DNA of 64,000 bases from Candidatus Magasanikiibacteriota bacterium (GCA_018650645.1 JABIFP010000020.1:82529-146528), one strand, 5' to 3'. Counted from the stretch's first letter, positions 1-10,588 are shown. A program made the numbers and translations. The notes: generated by a model not told the origin, from the letters alone.

Positions 1-274
1 ACATGCCAGATGCACGCGATCCCCAATAGAGAGCTTCTGAATCTAACATGTCTTGATGCAGTGTATATACACTTGCCGCATGTGCATTGGCAACTCCTTC
101 AATCGTTGGCACGAGTGAAATTGATCGCCAAGATTCTGCTCCATCAGTTGAAACAAATACACCAGCTGGACCGCTGGTTTCTAATGAACTGTCTCCGGAA
201 AGAGAGACACACCCTTGCCCAACAAGCAAAAGGGCTGCACCACAAAGGAGTGCTTTGGTATACCGAATGTTCAT
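1..274 (-). CDS. Putative lipoprotein with BNR/Asp-box beta-propeller (Ycf48/sialidase-like); runs off the window edge
   Basis: Hand-translated, not in the ORF track: MNIRYTKALLCGAALLLVGQGCVSLSGDSS...GVFVSTDGAESW...; signal peptide ends in GQGC; Asp-box S-x-D-G-x-x-S-W; ATG lies 2 nt after the holB stop. Confidence 0.75.
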   Translation of the reverse strand, partial: MNIRYTKALLCGAALLLVGQGCVSLSGDSSLETSGPAGVFVSTDGAESWRSISLVPTIEGVANAHAASVYTLHQDMLDSEALYWGSRASGM

Positions 275-276
275 AG

Positions 277-1203
277 CTATGGAAGTGCTAATAATACCTG
301 CTCCACAAGGAGACGAGGATGAATATTTTTTGTAAGTAAACGTTTTGCCTGAATAAGCGAATCAATTACGTGCACAGCCTGCGCAGGAGGAAGGTCACCC
401 TTTCCTTGCAGATCGTCTCTCAGTAGTTCCATCCACACGCTTAGCGTGTCAATCAGGTCTTCTCTTGTTGCGATGTGATCAGTTTTATCTCCGAATAGCG
501 GCTCTACCTGCTTAAACTTTTGGTAAAGTGGCTTACCTTTGAGCGCATGAAACCCTGCAATCAATGCTTTGAAGGATTCATAGGCCTCTGCATCATTAGC
601 ATAGGAATGTGCCAAACCGGCTCTTCCTTTTGCTAAAGCAGCAATATCTTCTTGCTCAGCCTGTGGCAATTTCGCTACTACTGGTAACAAAAGTATATCA
701 TTTTTTGGAACAAACCCAAAATGTATTTGCTGACAACGACTTAATATTGTTTTGGGGAGTGCAGCCTCATCATGCGTAACTAACATAATGCACGTTTGCT
801 TTCCTGGCTCCTCTAATGTTTTAAGCAAAGCATTCGCCGCTTGGGTGTTCATGAGATGTGCATTATCAATAATGGCAACTTTATACCCACCCATTGCAGA
901 AAATTGTGTTAATCGATGTTTCAGTTCTCTGAGTTGATCTACATCGATATGTTTTTTTGTCTTATTCGTTTTTTTATCTTTTTGTCTATGAACAAGCATG
1001 ACATCAGGATGTGTCATGAGCTGTTTTGGCGTGCAAGAAAGTAACTCAGCTGCAAATTGATATGCCACGTGCCTTTTTCCTACATGCTCTGGCCCAACAA
1101 AACAATAGGCATGAAACACAGTATTCTGCTCCTGCACAGTTTGAAAAAATTCTTGTTGCTTGTGATGTCCAACGATGTTCTTCATAGATGAGTAGTGTAA
1201 CAT
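277..1203 (-). CDS. holB: DNA polymerase III delta' subunit
   Basis: HAYCFVGPEHVGK, HPD, KVAIIDNAHLMN..AANALLKTLEEP, TILSRC motifs. Confidence 0.92.
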   Translation of the reverse strand: MLHYSSMKNIVGHHKQQEFFQTVQEQNTVFHAYCFVGPEHVGKRHVAYQFAAELLSCTPKQLMTHPDVMLVHRQKDKKTNKTKKHIDVDQLRELKHRLTQFSAMGGYKVAIIDNAHLMNTQAANALLKTLEEPGKQTCIMLVTHDEAALPKTILSRCQQIHFGFVPKNDILLLPVVAKLPQAEQEDIAALAKGRAGLAHSYANDAEAYESFKALIAGFHALKGKPLYQKFKQVEPLFGDKTDHIATREDLIDTLSVWMELLRDDLQGKGDLPPAQAVHVIDSLIQAKRLLTKNIHPRLLVEQVLLALP

Positions 1204-1215
1204 AGGTGTAATTTG

Positions 1216-1244
1216 TTGACAAAAGACCCCAAAAGAATTACATT
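1216..1244 (+). promoter_or_regulatory. sigma70 promoter for orphan 1291-1617
   Basis: TTGACA-17 nt-TACATT; GAGGAG SD at 1277-1282. Confidence 0.7.
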
Positions 1245-1290
1245 GGCAGCAACATATGCGAGGGGCATGTGTTCATGAGGAGCCTTCACA

Positions 1291-1617
1291 ATGATGACCC
1301 GATTCTCTTTCACTGAGCTTACTGATTCGAATACTCCGGTTTTTTGTACCGTGACAGTTGATGGAACCCATAAGAGGTTGCCTCGGATTCCAATCAGCTC
1401 GCCGTGCACGTGGCAGGTAAGCATCTTTTCAGACATGGGTAGCTATAGGAATGCGGTACTCACGGAGCGCGCGGATGGAAGCCTCCAACTCGCTGCTGCT
1501 AATGACGCCAGCATATGTGTAGTGTTTCCAAGAGTCACTCGCGACTCTTGTTTAAGTCATCTGCCAATCACCGTCATCGAGGGCATACCGATCGATCCGG
1601 AGGCAGGAGGATTCTAA
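1291..1617 (+). CDS. Hypothetical orphan protein in a self-contained cassette
   Basis: 108-aa ORF with its own promoter, SD and downstream GC hairpin (CGCCGGC-N6-GCCGGCG, 1621-1640); opposite strand to its neighbours. Confidence 0.6.
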   Translation: MMTRFSFTELTDSNTPVFCTVTVDGTHKRLPRIPISSPCTWQVSIFSDMGSYRNAVLTERADGSLQLAAANDASICVVFPRVTRDSCLSHLPITVIEGIPIDPEAGGF

Positions 1618-1641
1618 CCACGCCGGCCTCAGCGCCGGCGT

Positions 1642-2715
1642 TCACTTTTTTTGAAAAATATTTGCATATTCCTTTGCCGCCTTCTTCCAACTGAAATCCT
1701 TCAACCGATCAGCCCCTTTTGTAGTAAGTGCTTCTCGTTCTTTCGAAACCTGCTCCATTGCTGCTGCTATTGCTGTAATATTAGTCGGATTAACAAGAAG
1801 GGCAGCATCTCCAGCAACTTCTGCTGTTGAGGTAGTACTACTCGTAATCACCGGCGTCTTGGCAGCAAACGCCTCTAAAATGGGCATACCAAAGCCTTCA
1901 TACAAACTTGGATATACAAATGCCTCAGCATGCTGCATAAGAGCATACGCTTTCTGCTGTGGAATGTACCCAAGCATATGAATACGTTTTTTTACGTCGC
2001 TTTTCGTTATTGCTTGCACGACCTCATCATATCCGTATCCGGGTTTTCCTGCCAAAACAAGACTCACATCGACATGATTCTTTGCGTACAATTCAAATGC
2101 CTTTACTATGCCAATGGTATTTTTTTTATGTTCAATTCTAGAAATCGATAAGAAATATGTTCCATAGCTTGAGGGTTTTGGTTTTTCTTTTGCATACCCC
2201 GTATCATACCCATGTCCAATGACATGCATTGCCGCGGCTCCTTCGCCAAATACATCAAGGATTTCCTGTTTAGTATATTCTGTTGGTACCACTACATCAC
2301 TCACCTTTCTCATTGCTCGTTTTGCAGAAAAAATGCTGTACCAGCGCTCAAATGCTGAATATACCTCGGGAAAACGAACCCCTGCAATATCATGAATAGT
2401 TACCACTGTTTTTTTGGGATGAATGCACGGTGCAACATGTGCAGGTATGAACAAAACGTCAGGCCTATCAACAAGCATCTGCATACTCAGCCGCAGCTGT
2501 GTCCACAACCGTTTTGGTGGCCAACGGAGCATTTTTACCTCCCAGTTTTTTGGAAGCTGCGCCAATGATCCTTGCAAGGGTGCATCTGTATACAAAATAA
2601 CGCGCACCGATGAATCGATGAGCGATTTTAACTGCTCTATAATGTGAAATGCATACCACTCCACGCCCGTCTTTTGTGCTTTGTTGGCGCGGGAAGCATC
2701 AATTGCGATAATCAT
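1642..2715 (-). CDS. Glycosyltransferase family 4 (GT-B)
   Basis: TIHD and FVYPSLYEGFGMPILEAFA motifs. Confidence 0.92.
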   Translation of the reverse strand: MIIAIDASRANKAQKTGVEWYAFHIIEQLKSLIDSSVRVILYTDAPLQGSLAQLPKNWEVKMLRWPPKRLWTQLRLSMQMLVDRPDVLFIPAHVAPCIHPKKTVVTIHDIAGVRFPEVYSAFERWYSIFSAKRAMRKVSDVVVPTEYTKQEILDVFGEGAAAMHVIGHGYDTGYAKEKPKPSSYGTYFLSISRIEHKKNTIGIVKAFELYAKNHVDVSLVLAGKPGYGYDEVVQAITKSDVKKRIHMLGYIPQQKAYALMQHAEAFVYPSLYEGFGMPILEAFAAKTPVITSSTTSTAEVAGDAALLVNPTNITAIAAAMEQVSKEREALTTKGADRLKDFSWKKAAKEYANIFQKK

Positions 2716-2716
2716 A

Positions 2717-3730
2717 TTACCGCTGTGAGCTCAAACTGCGCTTATAATTTTCCAAATTTTCTAAGGCGAGACCTGTTCCTTTTGCAACACAGAGCAGCGG
2801 TTCATCTGCAACATAGCAGGCTACCCCAGTCGCTTGAGAAATAAGTTCATCTAAATTTCTGAGCTGACTAGATCCCCCACTCATAATAATTCCTTTATCC
2901 ATGACGTCAGCAGAAAGTTCTGGCGGTGTGTCGTGGAGTACTTTCTTTACCGCATCAATAAGTCCTTCCAAATCGAGTTGCAAGGCTTCGGTAGTATCGT
3001 CACTGCTTACTTCAATAGTCCGCGGTAATCCAGATATCATATCGCGTCCTTTCACTTCCATTTTGAGCGGCTCTTGCATATACATGGCTGAACCTACCTG
3101 AATTTTCACTTCTTCCGCAGACCGGTCTCCAATAGCAAGACCATGTTTTCGTCTGATATGTTCTGCAATTGAGGCATCAAATCGCGTTCCTCCAATTCGG
3201 ACAGATCCACAAGAGACGATTCCACCCAAAGAGATAACCGCAATTTCGCTGGTTCCTCCACCAATATCAATAATCATGTGGCCAGAAGGGCTTCCAATAG
3301 GAATATCTGCTCCAATAGCTGCCACAATCGGTTCTTTAATAATGTATGCTTCGCGCGCACCAGCGGCAAGCGCCGCATCAATTACCGCACGACGTTCTGT
3401 TGAGGTAATTCCAGCAGGAACAGCAATCATCACTTCTGGACGGAACAATCTCACTCCCCCAATCGCTTTGTTGATAAAATAGCGAAGCATGGCTTCTGTT
3501 GTTCTGTAATTTGCTATCACTCCATCTTTCAGTGGCCGCTCGGCAACAATCGTATCTGGAGTCCGTCCAATCATTTCTTTGGCTTCAATACCAACGGCAA
3601 GCACTTTATTATCTGTTGTAGAAACAGCAACCACTGACGGCTCATTAATAACAATACCGCGCTTTGGTACATGTACCAGCACGTTTGTTGTTCCAAGATC
3701 AATTGCTACTTTTTTAATCCACATGCTCAT
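2717..3730 (-). CDS. mreB: Rod shape-determining protein MreB/Mbl
   Basis: IDLGTTN, EPSVVA, DIGGGTSE, PPELSAD motifs. Confidence 0.97.
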   Translation of the reverse strand: MSMWIKKVAIDLGTTNVLVHVPKRGIVINEPSVVAVSTTDNKVLAVGIEAKEMIGRTPDTIVAERPLKDGVIANYRTTEAMLRYFINKAIGGVRLFRPEVMIAVPAGITSTERRAVIDAALAAGAREAYIIKEPIVAAIGADIPIGSPSGHMIIDIGGGTSEIAVISLGGIVSCGSVRIGGTRFDASIAEHIRRKHGLAIGDRSAEEVKIQVGSAMYMQEPLKMEVKGRDMISGLPRTIEVSSDDTTEALQLDLEGLIDAVKKVLHDTPPELSADVMDKGIIMSGGSSQLRNLDELISQATGVACYVADEPLLCVAKGTGLALENLENYKRSLSSQR

Positions 3731-4083
3731 ACCCGCGGTGATTTGTCTTTTTTGAGCAGGCTATTAGTAAATGTTGCAACGATTGTCATGATGAGTGAGG
3801 CAAAAAGTGCTGGAACGAATCCATCAACCTCAAACCCTTTTACAATGGTAGAACCAAACCAAAAGAGCAGTGCATTCACCACAAAGGTAAATAATCCTAA
3901 AGTTAAAATAGTGATTGGCAACGTGAAAAATTTCACAATTGGCCCAATAATGGCATTAATAAGTGCAAGAATAGCTGCTGCTACTAATGCTGCATATGCA
4001 CCAGAAATAGAAACGCCACTTAACCACAATCCAATACCATATAATGTCAGAGCGCTGATGGCCCATTTGATGATCAATTTCAT
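3727..4083 (-). CDS. YvlD/phage-holin superfamily IV membrane protein
   Basis: Four TM segments; LINAII.P....TLPITILTLGLF..VVNA motif. Confidence 0.85.
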   Translation of the reverse strand: MKLIIKWAISALTLYGIGLWLSGVSISGAYAALVAAAILALINAIIGPIVKFFTLPITILTLGLFTFVVNALLFWFGSTIVKGFEVDGFVPALFASLIMTIVATFTNSLLKKDKSPRV

Positions 4084-4098
4084 ATATTTTTTGTTACT

Positions 4099-4956
4099 CT
4101 ATGGTAATACGATACTCCGTTTGGCTGTTTTAATCAACCCATCCTTCTCTAAGATGAGCAAGATCTTTACCACTCTAGCCTTTGGAATTTGGCTAAATCT
4201 AGTGATAATTGACTGCTTGCTCACTTTTTTTTGTTCACGAAGCATATCAATAATACGCCCTCTGAAATATCGGTCTGTCTGCTTGAATGGAATGGTCTTT
4301 TTTTTCTTCTTTATGGGAGGAATATAGGTCAAAATTGCTGGAGTTGCCCGGCAATAGCGCTTCAATGGACACGATTCGCATTTGGGATTTCTTGAGGTAC
4401 AAAACTGTGATCCAATATCCATGAGTGCCTGATTCCAGTTATACGCGCTACGCTTTGGGAACATTTCTTCTGCTTTCTTTAACAATACATCATCTTTTTG
4501 TGAATCAACACCAAAATATACTCTATTATATATGCGCCGATGATTTGTATCCATCATGGGCACTTGTTTTTTGAATGCAAAACTCATGACAGCACGCGCG
4601 GTGTAATCACCAATGCCAGGCAATGCTTTTAGCGATTCTAGATCTGAAGGGAATATTCCTCCATGCTGCTCTATCACTGCTTGCGCTGCTTTTTGTAAGA
4701 ATAAGGCTCGTCTGTTATACCCAAGCCCTTTCCACACAGTAATAACCGATGCCGTTGATGCATCAGCTAAATCCTGGACCGTAGGAAAAGCACGCAAAAA
4801 TTCGTGATACTTTTCTATCACGCGCGCTACCTGTGTTTGTTGCAGCATAACTTCGCTTACCAAAATATGGTATGGATCATGCGTATGCCGCCACGGTAAA
4901 TCTCGTTTATGTTTTTTGTACCATTGCAGTACAGCGCTTTGCACCTCTTCTTTCAT
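4099..4956 (-). CDS. mutY: A/G-specific adenine glycosylase (short form)
   Basis: RDLPWR, VSEVMLQQTQV, HhH LPGIGDYTA, Fe-S motif C-x6-C-x2-C-x5-C. Confidence 0.93.
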   Translation of the reverse strand: MKEEVQSAVLQWYKKHKRDLPWRHTHDPYHILVSEVMLQQTQVARVIEKYHEFLRAFPTVQDLADASTASVITVWKGLGYNRRALFLQKAAQAVIEQHGGIFPSDLESLKALPGIGDYTARAVMSFAFKKQVPMMDTNHRRIYNRVYFGVDSQKDDVLLKKAEEMFPKRSAYNWNQALMDIGSQFCTSRNPKCESCPLKRYCRATPAILTYIPPIKKKKKTIPFKQTDRYFRGRIIDMLREQKKVSKQSIITRFSQIPKARVVKILLILEKDGLIKTAKRSIVLP

Positions 4957-4965
4957 ACCCCCTGC

Positions 4966-5751
4966 TTAAGACCCAACGACTCTATTTGCTGGCGTCTCTC
5001 CAATAATCTCTACCTCAAATCCAATACCCACATACGGATAAATAAGCGCCGCATCTTTGATTGAAAGATTTACACATCCATGCGAATGCGTTTGAATACC
5101 AAAATCGTTATGCCAATATGTTCCGTGAATATAATACATCCGTTTAAATTCCATATTCCACGGTACATTTTCTAAATCATAATCTACCCCTCGGTATCTT
5201 TTTGAAGCGAGCTTGCGCTCAATATTAAACGTACCGCTTGGTGTTTCTGTCCATGGATTCCCAGTTGAAGCAGCAAGATTCAAAACTTTTACTTCATCTA
5301 CATAAAAAAACAGCCGCTGATTTGTTTTATCTACCACCATTTTTCGCTCATATGCTAATTCTGGTGCGGCATCTGCAGGCGAATAGCCATGCATCACTTC
5401 ATCGAAATCTTCATACCCGTCACCATCAGAATCCGTTTCATTCATACTCGAACCGAACCACACTTCTAACCAATCGTTTAATCCATCACCATCAAGGTCG
5501 TGTTGATGCATTTGCAACTTTGGCGCAAGCGGAGAATACCCCATCTTTACTTCTCCTCCATCGGGAAACGAATCTCCATCCGTATCGCTTATGAGTGGAT
5601 CGGTAAAATATACAAACTCTTCTTGATAATCTGTAAGCCCGTCACTATCCGTATCGACATCACCTGCCAAGGCCGCAATCGGTACTAAAAACAAACACGC
5701 TGCACTCATAAATATGCAGCGCGCCAGGCGTGTAATCGTATAAGAACGCAT
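4966..5751 (-). CDS. Secreted L,D-transpeptidase (YkuD) with Ca-binding DxDxDG repeats
   Basis: Signal peptide, DTDSDGLTD-type repeats, catalytic HGTYWH...SHGCVNL. Confidence 0.88.
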   Translation of the reverse strand: MRSYTITRLARCIFMSAACLFLVPIAALAGDVDTDSDGLTDYQEEFVYFTDPLISDTDGDSFPDGGEVKMGYSPLAPKLQMHQHDLDGDGLNDWLEVWFGSSMNETDSDGDGYEDFDEVMHGYSPADAAPELAYERKMVVDKTNQRLFFYVDEVKVLNLAASTGNPWTETPSGTFNIERKLASKRYRGVDYDLENVPWNMEFKRMYYIHGTYWHNDFGIQTHSHGCVNLSIKDAALIYPYVGIGFEVEIIGETPANRVVGS

Positions 5752-5752
5752 A

Positions 5753-7213
5753 TTACATCTCTCGTTTCATTCTATAAAGTCCATAAAATATGAGGAACGT
5801 CACAAATGACCCAAGCGCTGCAAATTGCACGATACGCTTTGTAAGGTCTCCACCAACCGCAAGAGAAAACGATTTTTTGTTTGGCGTAAGCGGTTCATCA
5901 TCTTCTGCATCATTCACTCCATCGTTATCTGTATCTGCAGCGTTTGGATTTGTCCCGTCATCTCGCTCAGATTTGTCGTCCACTCCATCGTCATCAGTAT
6001 CAGCTTTTAATGGATCAGTTCCAATACTTCTTTCTTCTTCATCTAAAATTTCATCATTATCATCATCCGTATCAGCATTGTTTCCCTCCCCATCCAAATC
6101 AGTATCTATAGATTCATCCGGATCTAGCGGAAACGCATCAAGTAAATCATTTACCCCATCTCCATCGGTATCTTCTTTCAATGGATCTGTACCACTTTCA
6201 ATTTCAGCACCATCCATGATGCCGTCGCCATCGGTATCTCCCTTGAGTGGATTTGTCCCGTACTGCGCTTCTTCATTATCTAAAATACCATCGTCATCAG
6301 TATCTTTTTTTGCTGGATCAGTACCCGCTTCTACTTCTTTTGGGTCATCAATCCCATCTCCGTCGGTATCAACCTTGGTAGGATCAGATCCATGCATTTT
6401 TTCTTCATTATCGGTAAGTCCATCTCCATCGGTGTCTGGTTTTAGTGGATCTGAGCCGAGTGCTTTTTCTTCTTCATCACTTAATCCATCATTGTCGTCA
6501 TCTGTGTCGGAATTGTCACCAATACCATCGCCATCAACATCTGCCCATTCTCCACCATTTGTTGGGAACGCATCTTCTTTATCTTTTACCCCGTCTCCAT
6601 CACTATCTGCTCTAGCCGGATTTAAACCATTATCTACTTCATGTTTATCATTTAATCCATCGCCATCGGTATCACTATTCACAGGACTTGAACCTATTTC
6701 ATTCTCTTTTGTATCGCTCAGTCCATCATTATCGTCATCTGTGTCTTCCTTATTTCCAACATTATCGCCGTCTGTATCTAAATCAATATCGAGTTCTTGC
6801 GTAATATCAAATGCTGCGATTTGCTGCTCTGTAATATCAATCTGATTTCCATTGGTATCAAATGCAACAATATTGCTGAGTCCCATTTCAATTTGTTTTT
6901 TTCCTTCTCCTAACGTATACGGAACACCTACTTGCCGTGCTTCTTCAAATGCTAAATCAATAACTCGAGCAGAACCAAGTGTTTTACCATCAACAAAAAA
7001 ATCTACATCAGCGCTAAGGCGCGCAAAATTATTATTCACTACAACTGAATATAGCTTTACATCATCCCCTGCAAATCCATCTGGATCAGAAAGCCAGAAA
7101 CCACCATTTGCAACTAAGGTAAACGCCTCTGCAAGCACCATGGTTGGCACGAGTAATGCAACAAGCACCCCTAAAACAAGTTTGCTACGTCTATTGAATA
7201 TCATAAGAATCAA
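5753..7213 (-). CDS. Surface protein with bacterial thrombospondin type-3 (Ca-binding) repeats and C-terminal membrane anchor
   Basis: Signal peptide; many DTDGDG..D..E...GTDP repeats; C-terminal TM followed by basic tail YRMKREM. Confidence 0.85.
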   Translation of the reverse strand: MILMIFNRRSKLVLGVLVALLVPTMVLAEAFTLVANGGFWLSDPDGFAGDDVKLYSVVVNNNFARLSADVDFFVDGKTLGSARVIDLAFEEARQVGVPYTLGEGKKQIEMGLSNIVAFDTNGNQIDITEQQIAAFDITQELDIDLDTDGDNVGNKEDTDDDNDGLSDTKENEIGSSPVNSDTDGDGLNDKHEVDNGLNPARADSDGDGVKDKEDAFPTNGGEWADVDGDGIGDNSDTDDDNDGLSDEEEKALGSDPLKPDTDGDGLTDNEEKMHGSDPTKVDTDGDGIDDPKEVEAGTDPAKKDTDDDGILDNEEAQYGTNPLKGDTDGDGIMDGAEIESGTDPLKEDTDGDGVNDLLDAFPLDPDESIDTDLDGEGNNADTDDDNDEILDEEERSIGTDPLKADTDDDGVDDKSERDDGTNPNAADTDNDGVNDAEDDEPLTPNKKSFSLAVGGDLTKRIVQFAALGSFVTFLIFYGLYRMKREM

Positions 7214-8066
7214 TATCTATTGAGAGAAGTATATCACCCTTTTGTGCAGTCTGCCAAACTGAAGCGCCATTTTTTTTGAGCCTATCTGTTACTGACCTTG
7301 CTGGATGTCCGTACGAATTATCCTTACTTGCAGAAATGATCGCATGTTCCGGAGAGACTGCTTCAAGAAAAGAAGCACCCGATGAGGTCTTACTTCCGTG
7401 GTGTCCTACTTTTAAAATATCAACATCAAGCTTCTCAGCATACGTTTCAACTAAGTATGTTTCTAACGCTGATTCTGCATCACCGGTAAGCAAAACACTG
7501 GTATCACCAACATCTACTCGCATAACAATTGATGTATCGTTACTATCAAACGAAGTACTCCCTGGAACCAGCGGATCGTCTTGCATATTATGATCCGGAT
7601 ACAGTACCTGCAAGCGCGCTTCCCCAAGAATAAATTCTCTCGGCTCCATAATTACCATTTCTTCTGCATATTCCTTCTCAACATACCCTAAAAATGATGT
7701 ATATAGCGTGTTTTGCTTCCCTACTCCTGTGAGAATAATTTGTTCCACATCAAACCCCGCTAATACATCCATACAGCCAGCATAATGATCAGCATCAGGA
7801 TGGGTAATGACCATATACGTAATTGTTCTATCAAACGCTGGCATGACCCGCCCAAGGGCATCAAGCACCTGCGCGCCGCGTGAACAATCTATAAGCATAT
7901 CTTCCCCATTTGTAAACTGCAGGTAGGTTGCATCGCCTTGCCCGACGTCTAAAAATGCGATACGCGTGTTCGCAGAAGAGAATGATTGGAGCTCAGAAGA
8001 AAATATTCCAAGAAGTATAACTATTGCAGCAGTAAGAAGCTGCATGAGTGCATGATTTTTTTTCAT
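7191..8066 (-). CDS. ComEC-type metallo-beta-lactamase nuclease domain (stand-alone)
   Basis: FLDVGQGDA, ITHPDADH, LLTGDAE, KVGHHGSKTSS, YGHP. Confidence 0.92.
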   Translation of the reverse strand: MKKNHALMQLLTAAIVILLGIFSSELQSFSSANTRIAFLDVGQGDATYLQFTNGEDMLIDCSRGAQVLDALGRVMPAFDRTITYMVITHPDADHYAGCMDVLAGFDVEQIILTGVGKQNTLYTSFLGYVEKEYAEEMVIMEPREFILGEARLQVLYPDHNMQDDPLVPGSTSFDSNDTSIVMRVDVGDTSVLLTGDAESALETYLVETYAEKLDVDILKVGHHGSKTSSGASFLEAVSPEHAIISASKDNSYGHPARSVTDRLKKNGASVWQTAQKGDILLSIDIDSYDIQ

Positions 8067-8069
8067 AAG

Positions 8070-9485
8070 TTATTTTAGTATATCACGGCGAATGAGCAAT
8101 CTATATGCATATGCAAGTATGGCGTACATAAGCAGCATTTGCCAAGCAGTAATAGAAACCAATATCTGCGCACCTGCAGCATGTGCAACATAAGTAATAA
8201 CAGCGAATATATATTTCATTAAAAGTAGAGCGAGTGAAGAAAAAAGACTCGCTACAATTCCAAGCGGAAGTAGCGAAATTACACCACACAGCATCACAAA
8301 CGGCACAGCCCAAAGAATAGCAACATTTGCAAAAATGCCAAGCAGCGATACACGCTCAAATGTAAACAGTACATAGGGTGCGGTAATAATTGATGCAGCG
8401 CAAGAAGCAGCTATTACCTGACGCAAGCCTTTTATAGGCAATATTCCTGACAGCTGCTTTTCAAGCGGCGTAGCCACATACACCAGTCCCATAGTTGCCA
8501 ATACTGAAAGAATAAATCCAGCATCATGGAGCAATATATATGGATTGTAGATGCACATGGCTGTAGCCGCATACAATAATATTCTCCCAGCAGACTGCCG
8601 CCTTCCCATAGAAAACGCGTACACTCCCAAAAGCCCCATAATTGCAGCTCTCACAACGCTGGCAGAAGCGCCAACAAATATTGTAAATAAAATAACAGCA
8701 ATGCTGCTCACCCAAATGGCATACTGCCTACGAATGTGCAAAAATGGCGCGATAGAAAAAAATCCCTGTACAATAAGCGTGATGTTATATCCAGATATGG
8801 CAATAATGTGAATCGTTCCAGTGATAATAAACAACTCTTCCGCAGGCCCTAATCCACCTCTATAACCATACAATACGCCAGCCACAAAACTTGCATAGGG
8901 TTCATGCCAGGTAGTCCTGATACGATTGGCAACATAGTACTTTCCCTTTAAAAGTAATCGCTGCCAGCCTGCATGTTCACCAACCTTGCGCATGTCATGC
9001 ACATAGCAACTCCCATGAATTCCCTTAACCAATGCGTATGTATCAAATGCAAAGGTCTCTGAGGCAGCAGGAGTTTTTGCATCACAGCGCAGCTGTATAT
9101 CGTCGCCAAGCATATATGCGGGATACCTCTCTGCATACACCCAAATGCGCTGTGCTGTGCCACTTGGCTGCACCATATACATTGCCCGCTTTCTACGGAT
9201 ATCAGGCTCAGCAATAATTTCTCCTTTCCACATGCCTTCTGGTAGCACCATACTGAGTTCTTGATAGCGCAGAACATATCCTTGAACATGGAAAAAACCA
9301 AGCAAGGCCAAACAAAAACACAGTATGGCCAGCTGTCTATATTTCAGCGCTATTACACCCACAATAGCAATCACCCAAATATACTCATAGATAACGATTC
9401 CGAGCAGAAAACAAAAACAAGCCACAACAACGGACTTGCTTTTTGTTATTACCTGCCGACTACTCCCCAGTAGCGGAAGAGGCAT
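8070..9485 (-). CDS. comEC: ComEC/Rec2 competence DNA-uptake channel (membrane domain)
   Basis: GTIHIIAISGYN, SVVRAAIMG, NPYILLHDAGFILS. Confidence 0.9.
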   Translation of the reverse strand: MPLPLLGSSRQVITKSKSVVVACFCFLLGIVIYEYIWVIAIVGVIALKYRQLAILCFCLALLGFFHVQGYVLRYQELSMVLPEGMWKGEIIAEPDIRRKRAMYMVQPSGTAQRIWVYAERYPAYMLGDDIQLRCDAKTPAASETFAFDTYALVKGIHGSCYVHDMRKVGEHAGWQRLLLKGKYYVANRIRTTWHEPYASFVAGVLYGYRGGLGPAEELFIITGTIHIIAISGYNITLIVQGFFSIAPFLHIRRQYAIWVSSIAVILFTIFVGASASVVRAAIMGLLGVYAFSMGRRQSAGRILLYAATAMCIYNPYILLHDAGFILSVLATMGLVYVATPLEKQLSGILPIKGLRQVIAASCAASIITAPYVLFTFERVSLLGIFANVAILWAVPFVMLCGVISLLPLGIVASLFSSLALLLMKYIFAVITYVAHAAGAQILVSITAWQMLLMYAILAYAYRLLIRRDILK

Positions 9486-10576
9486 TACATTTCAATGACT
9501 GTTTTGTCTCCAATAATCATGCGATGTCCTTCCATCCCCTCGCCTGTTCTTTTTATCAACTGCGCATTTTTTCCAATCAAACTTTCACTAATCACAATTG
9601 GCGCATCAACTTTCGCATTTGCTAATACTATAGAATGTTTAATCGTTGCTCTATAAATTTCTGCACCGGCTCCAATAGTCACATCAGGGCCAATAACACA
9701 GCTTTTTAATACACAGTTTTCTCCAATAATCGCAGGACCGTGAATAATCACATCTGCGGCAATATCAGCTCCAACACCAATGTGTACTTTTCCATTTATT
9801 GTTGCTTCTTCATGAATTTCTCCCTGCTTTGGAAAATCTTTTTCATCCATATGCTTCATAAGAAGCGCATTGGCCAAAAGCAAATCTTTTGGTTTCCCCG
9901 TATCTTTCCACCAACCGGTAATTTCTTTGTAGCCAACTGATTTTCCGGTCTTCAAAAAGTTTGAGTGAATTGATGAAATTTCATATTCTCCTCTATGACT
10001 TTTTTCAATATTGTTATACGCTTCAAAAAACACCTTTGGTCCGTACAAGTATACTCCTGTGACAGCATAATTATTTGGTGGATTCTCTGGCTTTTCATGA
10101 ACATCCACAAGCACACCAGCATCGTCAAAAATCGGTACTCCAAACCGTTGTGGGTCTGGTACTTCTGAAAGCGCGAGCATGCAGTCATGCCCCTTATCAG
10201 AAAACTCTTGAACCATGTCTTTTAATGAACCGAGCAAAATATTGTCAGACAAATAAAACATGAACGGATCGTCTCCAATAAATTTTTCAGCTTCTTTTAC
10301 CACATGAGCAATTCCTTGCGGTCCGCCTGTTTGTTCAAAATATTTGATCGTAATACCCCAATGTCCACCATCGCCAATATGATCCTGCAGTGATGTTTCA
10401 CCCGGATTTGTGTTAATGAAGATTTCGGTTACACCCGCATCAATCGCTTTTTCAATGGCATGATAAATCATCGGCTTGTTTCCAAGCGGCAGTAAATGCT
10501 TATTAATGGTTGTGGTAATTGGATGTAATCGCGTTGCACGGCCCCCACCGGTCAAAATCGCTTTTCTGATTTTCAT
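9485..10576 (-). CDS. rmlA: Glucose-1-phosphate thymidylyltransferase, long form
   Basis: GGGRATRLHP...KHLLP, RGEYEIS, WWKDTGKP and C-terminal left-handed beta-helix. Confidence 0.88.
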   Translation of the reverse strand: MKIRKAILTGGGRATRLHPITTTINKHLLPLGNKPMIYHAIEKAIDAGVTEIFINTNPGETSLQDHIGDGGHWGITIKYFEQTGGPQGIAHVVKEAEKFIGDDPFMFYLSDNILLGSLKDMVQEFSDKGHDCMLALSEVPDPQRFGVPIFDDAGVLVDVHEKPENPPNNYAVTGVYLYGPKVFFEAYNNIEKSHRGEYEISSIHSNFLKTGKSVGYKEITGWWKDTGKPKDLLLANALLMKHMDEKDFPKQGEIHEEATINGKVHIGVGADIAADVIIHGPAIIGENCVLKSCVIGPDVTIGAGAEIYRATIKHSIVLANAKVDAPIVISESLIGKNAQLIKRTGEGMEGHRMIIGDKTVIEM

Positions 10577-10588
10577 ATGAGGGAAATA

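Noticed and set aside
10-335. Plus-strand ORFs 10-276 and 87-335
   Set aside because: The minus-strand frame from ATG 274 has a signal peptide and Asp-box and continues the operon.
3727-4083. Prophage inferred from the holin-family gene
   Set aside because: YvlD-type proteins are common chromosomal genes; no phage genes nearby.
5790-6845. 351-aa Ser-rich plus-strand ORF
   Set aside because: Antisense shadow of the Asp-rich repeat gene.
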